The position numbers and the translations under genes were made by a program. The notes under the pieces were generated by a model. The model searched no databases. It saw nothing but the letters and a program-made list of their open reading frames with translations, and was not told the DNA's origin. A stretch of 64,000 nucleotides of DNA from Antedon mediterranea (lineage: Eukaryota > Animalia > Echinodermata): positions 17,431,045-17,495,044 of the forward strand of contig NC_092680.1 of NCBI RefSeq assembly GCF_964355755.1, read 5' to 3'. Positions 1 to 14,600 of the stretch are shown in pieces. The stretch's first letter is position 1. Each line of letters opens with the position of its first letter.

Positions 1-2289
1 CAATTCATTAATAAATTATACAAAATAGAAAAAGCTGTTCCAGTTTATTTCACACCTTTTTATCAAATTTGCTGCCAAATTATTGATAGAAACACAATGT
101 CTTAACTATCACCTTTAAACACAGCAATAAAATTTTGATTAAATTAGCCCAGTTTTCATGATGCATGCTTCTAGGTGATTCAGAACACCTATAAGCTGGT
201 AAAACACCAGTGTTATTATTCCTGTGGGAATGCTAGAAGATCAAGCAGAAAATGAAGCAGTACTCATAGGTATTGGGTAGGAGCAAGGGGCTTTTGCTTT
301 AGGCATATTCATAAATAGGTTAGCATGTAAATTGCTGACATTGCTAATATCAATTTAAGCATGTTTTGACACAATTATGTACAGTATGATAGTGTATTGT
401 GACATGAGGATGTCATAACACTACCATTTGGGCATATCACTACCATATTTAGGTTTACTGTAAAGTGAGAAAACCAGAATGAGAATGGTCTAGCCTTGTA
501 CCAATTGTCTTTGTAGACAGTGCTTAGAACATCATACAATGTTTCAGGAATTTTATCTTAACAAAACATCAATCAATCACAAGAAATATCATGTTGTGAC
601 ACCCAGCTGTTCAATGGAAAAATATTCATTTATAAAAGGTTGAAGTAATGCAGATTTGTCATTTTTTTTTTTTGGATGGAAAAAAAATAAAACATGTTTT
701 TTCCTGTTTCTGCTCCCAAGAATTTGGGGTTAATTGATTCATACGGTTATTAACAGGTTATTTTTTTGCAGCAGAACAGGACCTATTAAAATACCTATGT
801 TTTCATGATATGGTCAAGGCTGACTAGTCACCAACTCTTTAACTCCCTCAACATGATACAGTAGAATAGCATAGTTCTTGATTGCTCTTGTGCGGCGCAA
901 CAGAGACTAAATTATGCATCATCATCTTACTATGAATTCACTAGATGATATCTGTGAAGAGTTACTTTGAAATATCAATTTTCTAATGGAAAGAAATATT
1001 ATCTAAACTCTACAGTAAGAGACTCAGAGAATGAAAATAAATTATAATTTTATTAATATTAATAATATGTGAAAAATCTTAAATTATTCAGATATTGAAC
1101 CTTTGTTTAATAATCAGTTTTTCAATTACTTACTAAATAACACACAATAACATACTTTTAAACTTGTTATTTATCAACATTCTCCACTTTTTAAAAATTT
1201 ATATGAAATTAAAATAGATTAAGTAAGTAAAAGTTGTGTTTACATGCACCAGAGAGATAAGCATAGGCCTACAGCATAGAATAGAAATACAGTAAAATGT
1301 TCTGAATCATTTAAGTTTACACATCCACGGTAAAATGCATGAACACATCTGTGTGTTGTTAAACCATGATGTTGTCTGATGTACAGTACTGTATCTCTAA
1401 TAATATAAAATAACTGTGTAGGTTTCAGAGTAATCGGATAAATTTCAGATAGTAATTATTATATTGGATTAAACTGGTCTATTTTTGCATTTTAATGCAG
1501 AAAAAGCTATAGAAAACAAGTACTGTACACATAGCAAGTGTATTATGCTATTTGGTAGGTGTTTTTTGCAATTATGATTCCCGCCCTGAGTGCAAAATTC
1601 AGAAATATGTGTGGTTGATGTCATTTGCATTGGTGATATCTGCAGCATAACTTTTTAAACTACAAAATATATTTCAAACGAAAAAAAAAACAGTCCTACA
1701 GTCACCAAGTACAAAGAAAATGTAAAAACATCAAAATCAACATGTTTTTCTTCTACATTAGGACTAATTGTATGTATTTAAAAACCATTTCAAAATTATC
1801 TCCTAAGATCGCCATACCTTGTACCTAATATATAATCTGATATTGCAAGCAATTTACTTACATATTATTTGAACTTTAGGTGACCCCATATTACATTTAC
1901 AACATGCATTTTCTTTTAAATATTTATACACCTTTACATTTATTTGTAATTATTAAAGTCATAGAATACCTTGTCCTCTATTCTATCTATAAATTACAGA
2001 AATCAAAATGACATTGTTAATGAATGTCAATGATTTGCATTCAAACTGTGAAAACCAAGATTTATCATAAATTCTAGGACTGTACGATTGAAATAAGACA
2101 TTTATGGTAAACTAATTTATAGTTTGATTAGAACAATTGTAGTGCGACGTTTTTTGCAACTTTCTCTTGGTCAAACATCAAGTGGGGAGAAGTGGGACAT
2201 TTAAACATTATCTGGCAGAATATTGTTTTCATATTAAACATTCTGTGTACAATTGCGGTCGTTTTGATCCAAGAGAGTGACTGTGTAAT

Positions 2290-2620
2290 GATAATATCGG
2301 ACTAGCATGTGATAGGCATAGGTTTGACTCTATCTGTACCATACTTATTGCATCCAATAGGCAAGATGCTTTACTCTCATTGCCTCGGTCTTCGGATAGG
2401 ATGTAAAGCTGTTGGTCCTGTGTACATATAGTGCATAGAACAACCATGTATTATATAATAATATATTCTAGTGACTTGCTCGGTGATGATGCATTCTCAT
2501 TAGTAATCGCACAACAGTGATTTACCGCATCAATATATCAGCTACAGGGTACGCTCTGTACAAGGTTGTTGCAATCGATGTTGATTGCCATCAGAAAGTT
2601 AATCTACCAATCACAGAGCT
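2290..2620 (+). mobile_element. Degraded SINE with Deu/Nin-like core
   Basis: GTCTTCGGATAGGATGTAAAGCTGTTGGTCCTGTGTAC at about 2388-2425 resembles the core of the SINE at 6.8 kb; boundaries uncertain. Confidence 0.4.
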
Positions 2621-4097
2621 TCTATAAGGATTTTTAAGATCGAACTAATCTGTATAATCCATCAATAAAGACATTGTTAAGCTATTTATATTAAAAATAA
2701 CCTTTTTGGAAAGCTTCTCATTTTTTAATAATGATTTATTTTTTGGTAGTTGTTTATCTAATTACTCGCGTCTAAATTACTTTGTTGATATGCGCATTAT
2801 TCATTATGTAACAATTCATTTATTATTTATTTATTTTTTTCATTACTTTCTATTTACTAAAATTATATACTGTACAGTACATGTTTTATTTGTTGAGATG
2901 TGTATTGTGTATACACGTACTACAGTTAAACGTGCATAACACTAGTTAAACTGATCTGTATCGTATATTTATTTATTTATTTATTTATTCCGGTATATAA
3001 AACATTACAAAAAGCAGAACAAGTATGAAATTATTGTAGTACATATAATAAAAAGTTACATTACAGAAAAAAAAAAAAATACAAAACAATTTACAATATG
3101 CATAAAAAAATAAATATACTGTACATTAATCATAGATATAACCCTGATGTACGGTAACTTGAACACTGATAGATTTGGTATAGATCGATATATAGCCATA
3201 GCTATATAAACTTTTTACCGGATTACAATGGAGGTATAAATAGAATAGGATTGCATTTGAACGCACTGCAAGGTAAACTGTAATGTAACTCCAATAGACT
3301 GCAATTTAACTACAAAAGAGCTTTAAAACATACAGTTTTACGGAGAGTATAACATCTAAAAAATAGATCACTGAACATTTTCCAACTTAAACTTACATAA
3401 ATGTTTATTTCGCTGAAACTGAATTTTACCAGTTTCTATCTTTTTATATGTCTTAGTTAAATTATAACTGCATTCTTTAAATTAAATGCCTTTTTTGTTC
3501 ATTATCATGTTTCTTACCCTTTTTCTCATTTTTTATTTATTATTTTAGAAAATGTTAACTGTATTTTGTTTTTATTTGAAAAATAAATTATTATTGATTG
3601 ATTGATTGATATGGAAGAAGTGCTGATAGACAAATGATTGTATTTGTTGAAGCAAATATAAATGTTCTGAGATAGTATTTTCTTTTTCTGTTTATACTAT
3701 CAATTTGTTTTTTTGTTTGTGACTTTGGTATTTCTTATGGTGATTGCTTTCTATATGTTGCTGAGTGCGAATCACATGACATCCAAGTGTCATTTTGATT
3801 AGTATGCAGTCTAACAGTCTTCCCTAGAAAAACAGCACAGGACTATTTTCAATTTGAAAATTTAATTTTTAGTACAGTACAAAATTTTAAATGAGGCAAG
3901 ACTAGGAGAATGGTCTGTACAGTATGTGAAGTTCATGCATATGTAGGTTACATAGGCAGGCATGCAAATCTTGTTTGTCCGTTTGAATGTGTTTCCTAAT
4001 ACTCAGTTTCACTAGGCGTAACTTACGAGCCTCTGGGGTCCGTCCGTTAGGGTACAAGGTTTTTTTCTACCTTCTCTGCCTCACTGACTGTTCTAAA

Positions 4098-4258
4098 GCT
4101 CTGACTACACTATCAAACTAGTTTGACAAAAAAAGTGTGATGTGCCCAAATATGGTAGTGATATGCCCAAATATGGTAGTGATATGACATCATCATGTTC
4201 ATATATGGGCACATCACATATTTGTTGTTACATAAAGTTTGTTAATGTAGACAGAGCT
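4098..4258. mobile_element. MITE family A (PIF/Harbinger-like, TIR AGCTCTGTCTACACTATCAAAC)
   Basis: Inverted termini flanked by TAA/TTA. Further copies at about 10330-10445, 11873-12010, 21747-21903 and 37913-38036; degraded piece at about 380-520. Confidence 0.8.
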
Positions 4259-4572
4259 TTATAACCAAAATTGCTTAATTGCTCTCCATAAAATGCTTTT
4301 CCTGCAATTCTAAATCTGACCACCAATTTGTATTGTATTTGTACTAGTAATATTATAAATAATGATGTTCAGATTTTGAATTTAAGGTAAAAGAAAATAT
4401 ATCCCCAAATAGTATTGTTGTTACATTTCCTTCTATTTAAACTTGAATGTAATTCATCTCTGTTCTATAAATACTCTGCATCTCATGTTGAAATATACAG
4501 GCCTATAGACATTCAACAATGTTATATAAACATTCCTAAAACATGAAGCAAAGATACTGTAAAACATACTGA

Positions 4573-4941
4573 GGGTATGTTCAGATCTATGGAGTTATGC
4601 TTTCGTATCGCAAGCAATGTCATATTATAATTAGCGTTGTAACACTGAGAAAAATGTTCAGATTTGCCTAACAAACGCTTTCGTTTCAAACTGAAGTGTC
4701 ACCGATTTGGGCGAACATGTGGTATACAGGAGTAATTTTGATTGGTTAGAGGTCAAAATCGTTGATGCATGACTTTCGTATCGTAAGCGGCGTCCACCAA
4801 TCTTGTACCTTGAGCTGTCGTAACGGACGAAAGATCAGTGTCGTACGAGGTGGCTTCCACTAATCTTTTCCTGGTTCAGACCTATGGAGTTGTAAGCCGC
4901 GTACAATACGAAAGCATAACTCCGTAGGTGTGAACAGGCCC
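4573..4941. mobile_element. Non-autonomous DNA element (Harbinger-like MITE)
   Basis: Imperfect TIR of about 36 bp, GGG(T/C)(A/C)TGTTCA..CTA(T/C)GGAGTTATGCTTTCGTAT, at both ends; flanks TGA/TAA. Confidence 0.7.
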
Positions 4942-6721
4942 TAAGAAAGTTATTGTTTTTATTTAAACAATATAAAGTACATTAGGTCAAGTTTTGATTA
5001 CAGCATCCAAATTGAAACTATTACTTTTAAATATGTCTTTTGACCCATTTTTACCAAAAGTTGTAATGGAAATAAATAATAAATTGTAAAATCTTAAAAA
5101 GTGAGAAATACTGTATTTACAAATATTGGCAGTTTTTAGAATAAACAAAAATCTTTTCATTCATTTTTATTTTTTAGTGTCATATGAAATATTAGAAAAT
5201 AAATTAATTTTTCATAATTTACAGTATGTATTCTTTAGTCCTGTGATTATTAATTGGAAATACATTACAACATATTTTAATACTGCACATTTTAATTTCT
5301 TAATACCTATACTATTTTCAGTATAAGATACAGTATATTATCATGAATGAAAATTGAAAAACATTCATAAACCCAATCAAGAATGAATTGATCAACCAAT
5401 CATATTTTTCATTTTATTGTCGTTTATCTAAAATATTTATGGTATTTTTCATTGTTAATGTGAGACTATTACACACATTCATGACATTAACATTTCTATT
5501 TATGTTTTACACATCCGTCTCAGTGCCTACTGCAGTATGCATTATTTATAATCTTTATTTTGACATTTATTATTATTAATATATTAATGATTTGTTTGAA
5601 TTTATTTCAAAGTAGTAAAATATCTTTGTTGAAAAAATGAAAAAATAACTGTAAAAATTTAACTTATTTATGAGGGATTTATAAACTCACACAGGGCATT
5701 CAAGTGAATTATTCTTTAATTGTGTAAACAAGAAATATTTCTTTAAAAATACCACTTGACTCATTGACAGTTTTATTTATTCTGACTTCATTAAATGATG
5801 CTTTTATTGTTATTCTATAATAAATTAAGTAATTTGTGCGTAAAATAGCCTGAGATACTCTATTTGTGTAATATGCATGAGTTTTGCCTAATATTATTAG
5901 CAGCTTTCATATTCTCTCTTCTTCAAGTTCTTGGGGTGTGCGCATGCCCAGTACGAGTTTACAAATTCCCATTTTCAGCCTTCGTAAGTAATAGCTTCCG
6001 TGTTGATACTGTTTTGTAATGATTCCGTCCACTGGACTATAACTGCCTAAAAAGACGTGGCTTGAAAAATGTTATTCTGCATTATACGATTTCCTTTGGG
6101 TTTGAGACACTAAATTTCTATAGTGGTGGGTTTATATCATCAAAACCTTCGCAAAATCTCTTTTAAAACGCCACATGATCTTCTCATCCAGTGGTTGGAG
6201 TCTAAAATAATCAAGCCTGTCGTCAATGAGGAATTAAATTAAAAATATATAAAGAAAGTGATTTTTATGAGTGTTTTATTAATCAGTAGATAGTGCAAAT
6301 AAGAAAAAAATTATATTGAATTATTTAAATTTATTTCCAAATTGATTGAGTTGAATATTTATATAAGAAACTGTGTCAGGTATAATATGGATTGTCTAGT
6401 CTAGAAGTCTCCAGCAGTTGCTATGGTTATTGACCAACACTGTCTCAGATTCATTTAATAAGGATAAAGTAGATAGAACTCATTAGTGTTAATTGCACTG
6501 CTTCTGTTAAAAGAGAACTTCAAATTTGTCTGGAAGTATTCTCTGTACTTTAAAGTTGTTAACATAATACTGTAACTTAATTATAACCAAAAGTCCAACC
6601 AAAAATCCCTTAGATTTTCTACGCAGAAATTAATTATTGATTAAAGTGGAATAATTAATTGATTAAATTTGATGTAGATTTTACTAAAAAAAGATTCAGT
6701 ATAATCTCGGACTGAGGATAT

Positions 6722-7070
6722 GTGAGTGAGTGGCCATGCAGTTAAGACAGTGTAACCGTAATCTTTAGCCTTTATAGAAAAGGTTCAAGACTCACTCGCT
6801 CCATGGTTCGCGGTAGAATGAGTCTTCTTGAATAAGGACTATAAACCATAGGTCCAGTGTACAATAATGCTCATGTGCACTTGAAGAAACCTAGTACATC
6901 TTGAGAGACAAGTTGGGGTTACCACAGTGTACAGTACTAGCTCATACAGACATTGCCGTAGTTGGCACCACCAACATGAGGGAGAAGAATTTTGTTGAAA
7001 GCTGGTGTAACAGTATGTCCACAGCGCTATGAGCGCTATTGTTGCGGATGTGGTGCTATATAAATCAAAT
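6722..7070 (+). mobile_element. tRNA-derived SINE with Deu/Nin-type core and L2-like tail
   Basis: tRNA-like head (TGGCC...GGTTCAAGACTCACTCGCTCCA), core GAATAAGGACTATAAACCATAGGTCC...GCACTTGAAGAAACC, tail GCTATATAAAT; second copy inverted at 7645-7960. Confidence 0.75.
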
Positions 7071-7644
7071 TCAGACACAAGACTATGGTATATTGTTAAT
7101 CTGAAAATAATTCCATCCCCAGTCTCCAGTATACTCATCATATGGTACCTTTGCCACAAATTGCGAATTACCAAATAGTTTGTACACAACATGTTATCTG
7201 CTGCTTTTATTGATCCTGCCTATCCCAACATTTTTTTATGACCTCATACAATACTCTTATGATTTTACCACATCTACTTCACCACTCCCAGACAACAAAA
7301 AATGTTGTAACTGATAATTAAATACCACATTCGTGTTTTCAGACACATTTATTTTATCCTGGAGATGATTTATGCCTTGTCAGATTTTAATAGCAGTTTC
7401 TTATTTTGACCTGTGGGGCTTAAGCCTGGCAAATAGCTTGTAGTGTGTGAATATGACTGTCTTCAATTCATCAAAGATGACATCAGTACCAAGTGACTTG
7501 CTCCATAGATTAGTAAAATTTAATAAATCATTAACAAGTTCACCCAGAGGACATTAAATTTGAAAAAGTTTGTACAGTACTAAAAACATATATCATGAAA
7601 AGGATAATAAATAACAAAATGACAAAATTAATATGAATATATTA

Positions 7645-7960
7645 AATGTAATGTAATGAAATAGCGCTCTATAAATGAAGATCAGAGCGCTGTGGACTTA
7701 TATGTTACACCTTTTCAACAACATTCTTCTCCCCTAAGGGTCACATTGTGTCATCAGCAGCCAACTACAGCCCCATCACGTCTGTCCACGACAGTGTGTG
7801 TGTGTGAACTAGTACACCGGGGTAACACTCTATTCGTCTTGAAAGATGTACTAGGTTCTTTAAAGTGCACACGAGCAATGTGCATACACTGGACCTACGG
7901 TTTATAGTCCTTATCCGAGAAGACTTGTTCTACCACCAGAACCATGGAGCGAGTGAGCCT
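7645..7960 (-). mobile_element. Same SINE family, inverted, 5'-truncated
   Basis: Reverse complement aligns to 6790-7070 (CTCACTCGCTCCATGGTTC...GGATAAGGACTATAAACCGTAGGTCCAGTG). Confidence 0.75.
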
Positions 7961-8490
7961 AAAATGTTTCTGAGTTAATTATTAATTATTAATCTTATTT
8001 AGAATTGTTTCTTACCTATTGGCTTAATTATAAATTGCAAATTTGCCTTGATTGGGTATTTTGAACTTTGAAACAAGGCTATTAACTTTAAAGCTTTTAA
8101 TAATAGTTAATTGTGTAGTATAGAATTGTCAAACATCATCATGTACAGTACACTACAATAACATGACATTCAGTCTAATATAAACAAGTATGTGTCAATC
8201 AAACGTGTTTCATTAGTATTATTGTTTTATTTTTAGGAAGATTGTACATCAATCTTGCCACAAACCTTCTCTATGGTCCAACTAACAATCCTAGAAGGGG
8301 TACCCAAAAATCCAAATTAACTCGATAAAGAAGAAACTAATAAAGAAAAATAATTGTGAAGACTGGGTTTATAAATGATTTATTATACACCGCAGACAAT
8401 GTTATGAGGAGCAGCTCAATCTTCATTTGGTTGACTCTGATTTTCTGAAAGATACAACATTTCAATCATCATTTTATTTTTCCATTACAG

Positions 8491-8667
8491 TGGTCAAACT
8501 CCAGCCATAGCAGAGAAGAATTTTCTAGAGAGAGCAAAATGGTTGGACATGTATGGAGTGGATTTACACCCTGTGCGAGGAGAGGATCAGGTGGATTATT
8601 ATCTTGGCCTGACACCAACCGGAGTTGTTGTGTATAAAGGCAAAAATAAAGTCTCTGTTTATTACTG
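8491..8667 (+). CDS. EPB41L4A: FERM gene exon (end of FERM lobe B, start of lobe C)
   Basis: ttacag|T GGT CAA ACT...TAC TG|gtaag; [59 protein letters not shown]. Confidence 0.93.
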
Positions 8668-11600
8668 GTAAGAATTAAAATGGTATCAGTGTTGTGTGTC
8701 TCTGTAAGTAATGATTGTTTGCTCCACTATTCTCTAAATTTGAAATCTATCCATGCATGACCAATACCCATTCAGTGGAACATATATTCTCCCCAAAGCT
8801 TCTTGATATTATACCTATAATTTTCTTACTATGTAAACGGAAAATTAAATAGAGTACAGACGAACTTATGATCCTGTGTGTTTATTTTAAACACTTTTTG
8901 TAAAAATAATAATAATACTTTGTTTGTTTGTTGGCCCATTGTCGCCTATAGACAAGCATAAACAGCTTTGTTACATATTATTACCATACGATACACGTAA
9001 ACACCAAAGGGCGTTATCACAACAAGGCGTTATCACAACAATGTTATAATTACCAAATTAAGTTTTGTATTTTTTCTTTAGGCAAAGAGTGGTTCGAGTT
9101 CACTATCGGGAAAGAGAGTTTGTTATTACAACTAAAAACAAGGAGGTAAGTGATCAAAAGAAATGAATAGAAAAAATAAGCTGGGAACAGTGTTATTCAA
9201 ATAAATTCAAAATTGTTTTGCTTAGCTATGTGTACAGATTGTAACAGCTCAGTTTTGTAAAAACCTGAAGTGTTCATTTAGCTTATTCTTGGCCAATATA
9301 CTGTCAGCATGTCATTCTTATCATCTCAGGATATTATTTTGACCTTTAAACTTATAAAATGTTCTTTATTTGTAAAATATTGAGTGAGTATGTTTTATAG
9401 AATTAAATTAGATTGAGGGAAAAAGAAAAACAAATTGATTTGCAATTCAGTGAATGGGAAAACAAATTTTAAAATTTCTTTGCCACCAGAGTCTTGAGAA
9501 TGAATACATCTTTGAGGTGGAGGGTAAAGCTGCATGTAAGCATTTGTGGAAGTGCTGTGTGGAGCAGCATAGCTTCTTTAGACTTCCTCAAATGATGGAC
9601 AACCAGGCAGATATTCAGAGGCAGACAGGGACAGCAAGAAGTCCTAAATACAGGCAAAAGTGAGTATTGACATTTGAAAACGTTCTATAACTACTAACTT
9701 CTAAATCTGAAATTTAATGAAAATTAAACCTTTTTTGGGGGTTAAAACTCTGTATTTTCTCATGAAGACCTAAGACCTTGTGTAGAGCATCTTGAGGATG
9801 CTTGTTCTGTAAAGGACAGTGAATGAAGATATAGCTCTAATACGTTTATTGTTCCCTTCTAAGTGCAAGAACACAAAAAGAAGCACTTGAAATTTCACAA
9901 GAAATTAATCGAGCACCACCAAAAGTCTACCGTGCTCGCAGTAGAAGGTATGCTCCTCGATCGGCAGAACAGAACACAAAAAGCCGTAGCCCACCAGACG
10001 GAGAGACTAACAGCGAAAGTAGAAAAGGTCAAACCATTGGTGGTACAACAGTGTCAAAAGCCCCTGAGCCAACACGAACGTAAGTTAGAATAACTTACCA
10101 TTTGTACATTGTTAGAGATGAATTCAGACTGGACCATAGATGAATTAAAATAATAATAATTGTGTTATTTTTGTATTCTGATTTGTATGCAGAATTGATA
10201 AATATTAATAAAAAAATGTTGTAATGGATAAATATTTGAAAGACATTTAGTGGAGGTATGAAGGTTTAAGCTTTATGATTAAAGGTCAACTTCCATAATC
10301 CACTCAATTGTCCAAGCTTGACCATTCTAAGTCTCTGTGTATCTATCAAACTAAAAAAGAGTGTGATTTGTCCAAATATGGTAGTGATATGCCTCATGCA
10401 TCATCATGTCCATATATGGGCACTAACATAAAGTTTGACATTTTGTTGGCATGTCAACAATGTTCAGATAGTTTGCCAGATTGACAGTGATAACCATCCC
10501 AACCACTCCTCCTGCTAGGCTGTTGGTACCTGCCATCCCAACCACTCCTCCTGCTAGGCTGTTGGTACCTGCCATCCCAACCACTCCTCCTGCTAGGCTG
10601 TTGGTACCTGCCATCCCAACCACTCCTCCTGCTAGGCTGTTGGTACCTGCCATCCCAACCACTCCTCCTGCTAGGCTGTTGGTACCTGTCATCCCAACCA
10701 CTCCTCCTGCTAGGCTGTTGGTACCTGCCATCCCAACCACTCCTCCTGCTAGGCTGTTGGTACCTGCCATCCCAACCACTCCTCCTGCTAGGCTGTTGGT
10801 ACCTGCCATCCCAACCACTCCTCCTGCTAGGCTGTTGGTACCTGCCATCCCAACCACTCCTCCTGCTAGGCTGTTGGTACCTGCCATCCCAACCACTCCT
10901 CCTGCTAGGCTGTTGGTACCTGTATTAACTAATACTCCCATGTGTATCTTCTTATTTAAAATATTTCTCATTATCTTTTTGGCTTTCTGTAGGCCCCACC
11001 AGCATCGTCGTAATGTACAAGACCCAAATGGATCAACCACTCCTTGGGAAGGAAACGAGAGAGTGTAAGTAGTAATATAAATTTGACCCATGTACAATCA
11101 ATGTTTTGTATTTCCTATTGATTGTTTCATTACAGTATTTAATACCAAATTCTGATTGGCCAAAAATTGCATGGATTAACACAATCAAATAGAGTATCAC
11201 GGTACTGACGTCACGACGGTAGGTGGCGCTGTGTGGTTGCTAGCGCAACCAAAAATGCGTTCAGCCTGCCTGAGTGACTCCAAGATCACCAATTGTTTGG
11301 AATAGGCTTATTGAAGTAGTCATTTTAAAACTTAATAATTTTCAATAAAAACAAACTAAAATTTCCAAGTTAATCATTCTGAAGATTAAGGGGTTTCCCC
11401 GATGTACTGGTGCACCTCAGTCCTTGCCATTGCCACCAAATGAGTGCCATTAAGTGGCAGCTGTACGACACAAGAGAAGAAAGTTGTTGTATATGTTGTC
11501 CACACCTGTTCACAATTCAGCACAGTAGGCTGCAATGCGTAGGTTATTTCTGCATATTTAGATTAATTTTTTTTTACGAGGTTTACACACTACTTGTCCC

Positions 11601-14600
11601 AAGTATTTAAGGTCTAATATGTTTTAAAATTGTAACATGTGAACATAATTTTTCAGTGGGTTATATACAGCAGCAGGAGCGTCACCAGTGTCTGTGCGAA
11701 GTGTTAATTCTAATCATAGACGACGCTCTCGCTCACGTTCCCCCGGTGCAAATTCATATCGTAGGCAAGATACAGACAAGTCTGATTACTCGGGAAATGA
11801 AAGCGAATCAAGCAGACGACGCAGGTAATGAGAGAATCATTTGCATTTTATCTATGTTGTATAATTCACTAAAGCTCTGTCTACACTATCAAACTTTATG
11901 CGACAAACAATGTAATGTGTCCATATGTCCATATATAGACGTGATGATGTCATATCACTACCATATTTGGGCACATCACAGTTTTTGTCAAACTGGTTTG
12001 ATAGTGTAGCTTCATAGTTACTAACGTCTTTGCATTCTCACTTCTGATGACAATCGAAAACATATTGATCGAAACGTTGAGAAACTCGACAATTCTTTTC
12101 AGAAAATATGTGGTGTACTGCAAATTTTATATCAATAACATTATTTATATTTCTTTATTGCTTCGTAGGCACAAACACAAGTCTGGTTCAGAATCAGAAG
12201 GTGACAATCAACATCATCATAGACACCGTAGAAGAAGGTAAATAAGAAAGTCAAGAAGTTTGGTGAACCTTCAACCATTCAAAAAACTACAATTTTTTAT
12301 AAGACCACTGACCATCCAATGTAATTCTGCAATCTGCTAAGCCATGCACCCAATCTGCCCCTGATTATTATACTGTATTTCCACATATGTCCTTTATGTC
12401 TGGTATCACAGACAATTAAACATTATGTCTGTGTGATGCTAGAGTTATGTTAGATTAGGCTTGGCCTATCAGGTGTAATAAGTGGTACTGTACCACAGAA
12501 TTTACCTATGATACTGGACAGATAGATGTATTACAATGAGTGTAATACTGCATATTGTATGCTAAAAACGTTACTTATATGCAAAGTGAACATATTTATT
12601 TTATGGCTAATCGCGATTAAATAGACTAAATATTGAATGGCAATGGCAATATAACATGTTACCTCATAAGAATAAGAAGGTTGAAATTTTGATTATTCCT
12701 ACCAGGCATTCACTCTTCTCTTTTGCTACTACTCATTTCTTTAATTTAGCCTTTTCTGTTTTTATTTAGTTTTGTTTAAATAATAAATGTACTGTTACTA
12801 TTCACAATTATTCATATATTGCATGTGACTCATATTATTGATACTATTGATTGTAATCATTTGATCATTAACTCAATTAACTTTCATCATTACTTGAATT
12901 TATTCATGTGGACAACCTTAAGACTGTTAAATAATCATTATTCATTACTATACAAATAATGAATGTTTATGAGTGCAATGGTACAAATAATGGCACGAGG
13001 TGAATGATAAAAGGTTATATCAACGAGGCAAAGCCGAGTTGATATAACCTTTCATCATTCACCAAGTGCCATTATTTGTACCATTACACGAATACAAAAC
13101 ATTCATTATTTGTTTTATATAACATCTAGACGTTTTTTTTTCGTACACAAAAATGTTTCAAAAAGTACTATTTAACGATCGTTGAATAGTGCGTACTATT
13201 GCACGCCATGTGACCAACATTCGTCCAATCAAATGACAGGAATTTATATAGGTGTTATATAATTATGCTTATTTAATTGTTGAACTTCAACCTAATTCAC
13301 ATTACTCTGCTGAGAGAAGTATATATACTATATATTGACTAATTGTACCACAAATATGTCTACATTGCATAGATAAGCATGTCTTGATTGCTTTACTGTG
13401 GGGACTTTATAACCACCACTGGGTTTCATCACCCCCATCCCACGTCCATACTATTTCATCCTGATCTCTCCTTTTCTTAGTTATGTATCATGTCATCTTA
13501 ATATGCTTATCAAAATTGTTTCAAACAACCGAATATCATCAACCTAAAATAGCTTGTATCATGGAGCTATAGTTTAGTTTTTACTAAATCTAGAGCCTCT
13601 ATTAAGGGGACACCTTAAAAACTCAACAAAGTGTCTCTTAAATATGGGCTGGCATAAAGGCGGAAGTAAAACAATTTGTTCATTGTTATTTTCGTGAGTG
13701 TCACAAGAGGGGTCACATGAGGGGTACTATTGTATGGGAATATATGATCTGCTCTTATAGTATGCAACCTCCACTGAGGTATTCTTTAAAACAAGGATTG
13801 TACCTCAAGATTCTGTTTGACGACAAAAATAGAAACATAACATGTCGTACCTAATAAGCATTAGTTATTAATTAATACATATAATTAAATAGTTAATTAA
13901 TGCACTTTCATTGGTCAGTAATGCATCCAACTAATATCAAAACAAATTTAATTTCCTAACTTCAGGTCAGCTTCTAGAGGGGGCGATAGTAGCGGAAGTG
14001 AGTCCGAACATCGCCACAAAAAACATCAGAGCAGACGACGCAGGAGGTACACCGTTTACTAACAAATTAAACATACTAAAACTTAAGTAATGTGTAGTGC
14101 CTGGTAATGTGCATGGAAAATAGTACTACTAATTTATCATTTTTACTGACAATATTATATGTTTGGTTAATTGGTATCTTAATATTTTAGGTGATGGTTT
14201 AGATCAGACAATCAAGTTAAAAAACAAACATTTTTTTAAGCATTATAACTTTTATAAGTACAGTAATTGAAAAAATAATAAAATAAAATAATGTAAAATT
14301 CGTTCCCTCACAGAAATATATAAATCCGACATTTTTTTTTTAAGAATAATATTCTAAAAACTAGGAAAGATCTTCTCATTCTAGTTTAGCAAAAGTTGGC
14401 TAAACCTTTCTTTTCTGGAAAAAGAAATACGAATACATAGCATAATTATTATTATTTTATATAGATCATCAGATCGCATGGTCGATTCACAAGCACAGTG
14501 GGAGTACATTCAACAAGCGCATCAGAACCGAGGTGAAGTGAGAACAGCAGATGATGTCGTGATACGTAATCTTAGAAACGGGTAATTAAATTTGTTGTTA

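Noticed and set aside
2229-2447. 72-aa minus-strand ORF as a gene
   Set aside because: Overlaps a SINE-like core and has no recognisable domain
8237-8340. Possible extra FERM exon after ttttag
   Set aside because: No FERM-like translation and no convincing donor site
10423-11097. 224-aa minus-strand ORF ([13 protein letters not shown] repeats)
   Set aside because: Antisense reading of the 39-bp minisatellite
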